A stretch of 26,055 nucleotides of DNA, from IMG/VR virus record IMGVR_UViG_3300032239_000491, positions 1 through 26,055 of that record; one strand, given 5' to 3'. The stretch is from a virus (lineage: Duplodnaviria; Caudoviricetes). Under the pieces are notes generated by a model that worked only from the letters and a program-made list of their open reading frames with translations, searched no databases and was not told the DNA's origin. This document shows, piece by piece, positions 24,327-26,055 of this stretch (position 1 is its first letter; each line of letters starts with the position of its first letter). Position numbers and translations under genes: made by a program.

Positions 24327-24770
24327 TCACGCCAACAGCGCGCACTCGGCTTTTCGCCTCTTCTCCAAGCCGGGCAAAACCCGACCACCGCCTTTGGTCC
24401 ACAACATGAGTTGCTCTTGCGCGCCTTCCCAATCCTGAGCGTTGATCTTGCGCTTCAGCGTACTGGTCTGAAGTCGGCCAATACCCAGGTTGTAGCAAAA
24501 ATCCACAATGGCATTTGCCTTGCGCTCATCTGTGGCCAGAATTGGGCAGTTGCGCAAAACGCCTGGCAGGTAGGTGTGAGCCAGCTCAGATTGCAGCAGG
24601 GCGGCTGCATCAGGCTCGCTGATGGGCGCGTCGGCCAATGTGACCTTACGCCCATCCGAATAGTAGGTCGACCCATACCCGATGGTGGGAACGCCTGCCG
24701 GGCAGAGATAGGGCTTTGACTTAAAGCCCTCAAACTGCTTGCACAGGGCCGTGGCCAGGTCCAGGTTCAT
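24327..24770 (-). CDS. Endolysin, GH24 lambda/P22-type muramidase
   Basis: FEG...PYLCPAGVPTIGYG (E-x8-C-x5-T), DFCYNLG, STLKRKIN, GLEKRRKAE. Confidence 0.93.
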   Translation of the reverse strand: MNLDLATALCKQFEGFKSKPYLCPAGVPTIGYGSTYYSDGRKVTLADAPISEPDAAALLQSELAHTYLPGVLRNCPILATDERKANAIVDFCYNLGIGRLQTSTLKRKINAQDWEGAQEQLMLWTKGGGRVLPGLEKRRKAECALLA

Positions 24771-25261
24771 AGCCCGCGCTTGGCCAGAGTGCGATCCAGG
24801 AACCAGTAGTTCAGCGTGCCGCTGACCAGGGCAGCAAAGTCAGCCGACATCATCATCTTAAACACCACGTCAGGCGGCGCGCCGGTGATGTAGGAATTCC
24901 AGGCAAACCACAGGTGGACAAAGCTCCACAGAGCCAGAATCCAATAGGTGACCACAGGACGAACGCTGGCGGACAAACTGGCAGCCCAGCCACCTGCGGC
25001 CTTGGCCATCTCCGTTTGCTGCTCCACGGCGCTATTGAACGCGTCCACGACCCCGGTGTCGATGGATGCTTCGCGCTGGGCACCGATTTCGGCCATCTTC
25101 TGATTGCCGCGCAAAGTTTCCAGGGCGCACTGTTGCTCAAACATTTTCAGCTCATGCGCGCGCTCGTCTTTCTTGTCTATCCACTTGAGCACCTCGGGTG
25201 CCAAGCGGAAGATGCCTCCCAGCAGGGAGCCAAAAATACCGCCGGTTAATATATCAAACAT
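24767..25261 (-). CDS. Holin-like membrane protein, 164 aa (ATG 25261)
   Basis: SVRPVVTY followed by TM segments and YWF..R; ATGA-coupled to the lysozyme; AAAGGG SD. Confidence 0.7.
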   Translation of the reverse strand: MFDILTGGIFGSLLGGIFRLAPEVLKWIDKKDERAHELKMFEQQCALETLRGNQKMAEIGAQREASIDTGVVDAFNSAVEQQTEMAKAAGGWAASLSASVRPVVTYWILALWSFVHLWFAWNSYITGAPPDVVFKMMMSADFAALVSGTLNYWFLDRTLAKRGL

Positions 25262-25275
25262 GATAAAGCCCTTTC

Positions 25276-25766
25276 TTAAAAGCCACGATTGGTTATAACG
25301 TGAAACGTAACGCTGATCAAAGGGATGATGATGATCGACGCGCCGACGATCCACAGCGTGTTCATAATGATCGACACCTTCATCTCACGGTCCTTTTGTT
25401 TTTGCTTGGCGTCTTCTTTCTCCAAGAAGTCGCGCTCCTTTTTTAGCCTGGTCCTTTCGGCCATCATCTCTTCCCAGACCTGGGCATTGCCGCTGTAGAA
25501 CAAAATGTCTTTCAGCTCTTTTTCATGTTCGCGCAGGGCCTTGGAGGCCATGGCGATCTGTAGTGCCTGTGCGCTGATCTGGGAATCGGTCTTCCCAATC
25601 GACGCTATGCGCGCCTTGGTGCTTGCTATGTGGACGGTGTCAGCGGCCTCATAGAAACTGGAGAACTCCTTATAAAGACCGTGGATGTCCTTCCCCAAGG
25701 CAATCGCTTTTTTATTCCGGCCACGGCACCCTGGGCCATTGCAAACGCTGTGAATGGATCAATCAT
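25276..25766 (-). CDS. Membrane-anchored coiled-coil protein split by a -1 frameshift at 25707-25713
   Basis: AAGGA + ATG 25766 gives MIDPFTAFAMAQGAVAGIKK, which continues as AIALGKDIHGLY only in the -1 frame; C-terminal TM. Confidence 0.7.
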
Positions 25767-25939
25767 TTTTTATCCTTCAAAAGCCAACGACAGACGTTAC
25801 CATCTTTGTCTAAAAATTCATTGACTCCCAGCCTGTAGTTTGCAGGGACCTTCTTGCATTCCAGAACCAGCTTCATCTCGGTGCCGGGCCACGGGCTCTC
25901 AGCCGATGCAATTACCGGGGGTGGTTGATAAGGGTCCAC
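25763..25939 (-). CDS. Hypothetical protein, 58 aa (absent from ORF track)
   Basis: GTG start overlapping the upstream gene; stop overlaps ATG 25766 (ATGA). Confidence 0.55.
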   Translation of the reverse strand: MDPYQPPPVIASAESPWPGTEMKLVLECKKVPANYRLGVNEFLDKDGNVCRWLLKDKK

Positions 25940-26055
25940 AGCAGGCTACCCATGCCCAGCAGCAACGTGCCTGCCACGGTCAGCATGATGTGCTCCAGGC
26001 GCTTGAGCCTGGCGTTGATCTGTGAGTACCGCTCTACACAAACTGCTTCGTGGCT
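25912..26055 (-). CDS. Partial coiled-coil + TM protein (XhlA/holin-like), 5' end outside window
   Basis: SHEAVCVERYSQINARLKRLEHIMLTVAGTLLLGMGSLLWTLI. Confidence 0.7.
   Translation of the reverse strand, partial: SHEAVCVERYSQINARLKRLEHIMLTVAGTLLLGMGSLLWTLINHPR

Larger units (their letters stand above)
1..26055. mobile_element. Tailed bacteriophage genome fragment (replication operon converging on ejection-protein and lysis modules)
   Basis: All recognisable genes are phage-type; tight ATGA/GTGA coupling; two large convergent transcription blocks; no host housekeeping genes, att site or integrase seen. Confidence 0.96.

Overview
The whole window reads as part of a tailed (podovirus-type) phage genome, probably of a GC-rich proteobacterial host (host is inference). 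Left end (1-800): a leftward Cro-like operon with a structured intergenic element and a divergent promoter pair. 826-8443 (+): an early/replication operon with many tiny coupled ORFs, a DUF2800 Cas4-like nuclease, a DUF2815 SSB, a family A DNA polymerase, DUF3310 and an AlpA/Xis-like HTH; no integrase or CI repressor is visible. 8440-26055 (-): lysis genes (holin-like, GH24 lysozyme), then an internal-virion/ejection module with a hendecad-repeat coiled-coil protein, a GNAT, three further ejection-type proteins and two giant polyvalent proteins (1964 and 1411 aa) separated by a ferritin gene. The giants carry HExxH peptidase, ART-like, HhH-glycosylase-like and RelA/SpoT-like domains. Main observation: the linkers between these domains hide small overprinted genes with their own ribosome-binding sites, one antisense (11666-11893, TATAAT + GGAGG, abutting the RelA/SpoT domain) and two in the +1 frame (15372-15545, 13326-13514). 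They may be built-in antitoxin/regulator genes for virion-delivered effectors. All family assignments are from motif recognition by eye; no searches were run.
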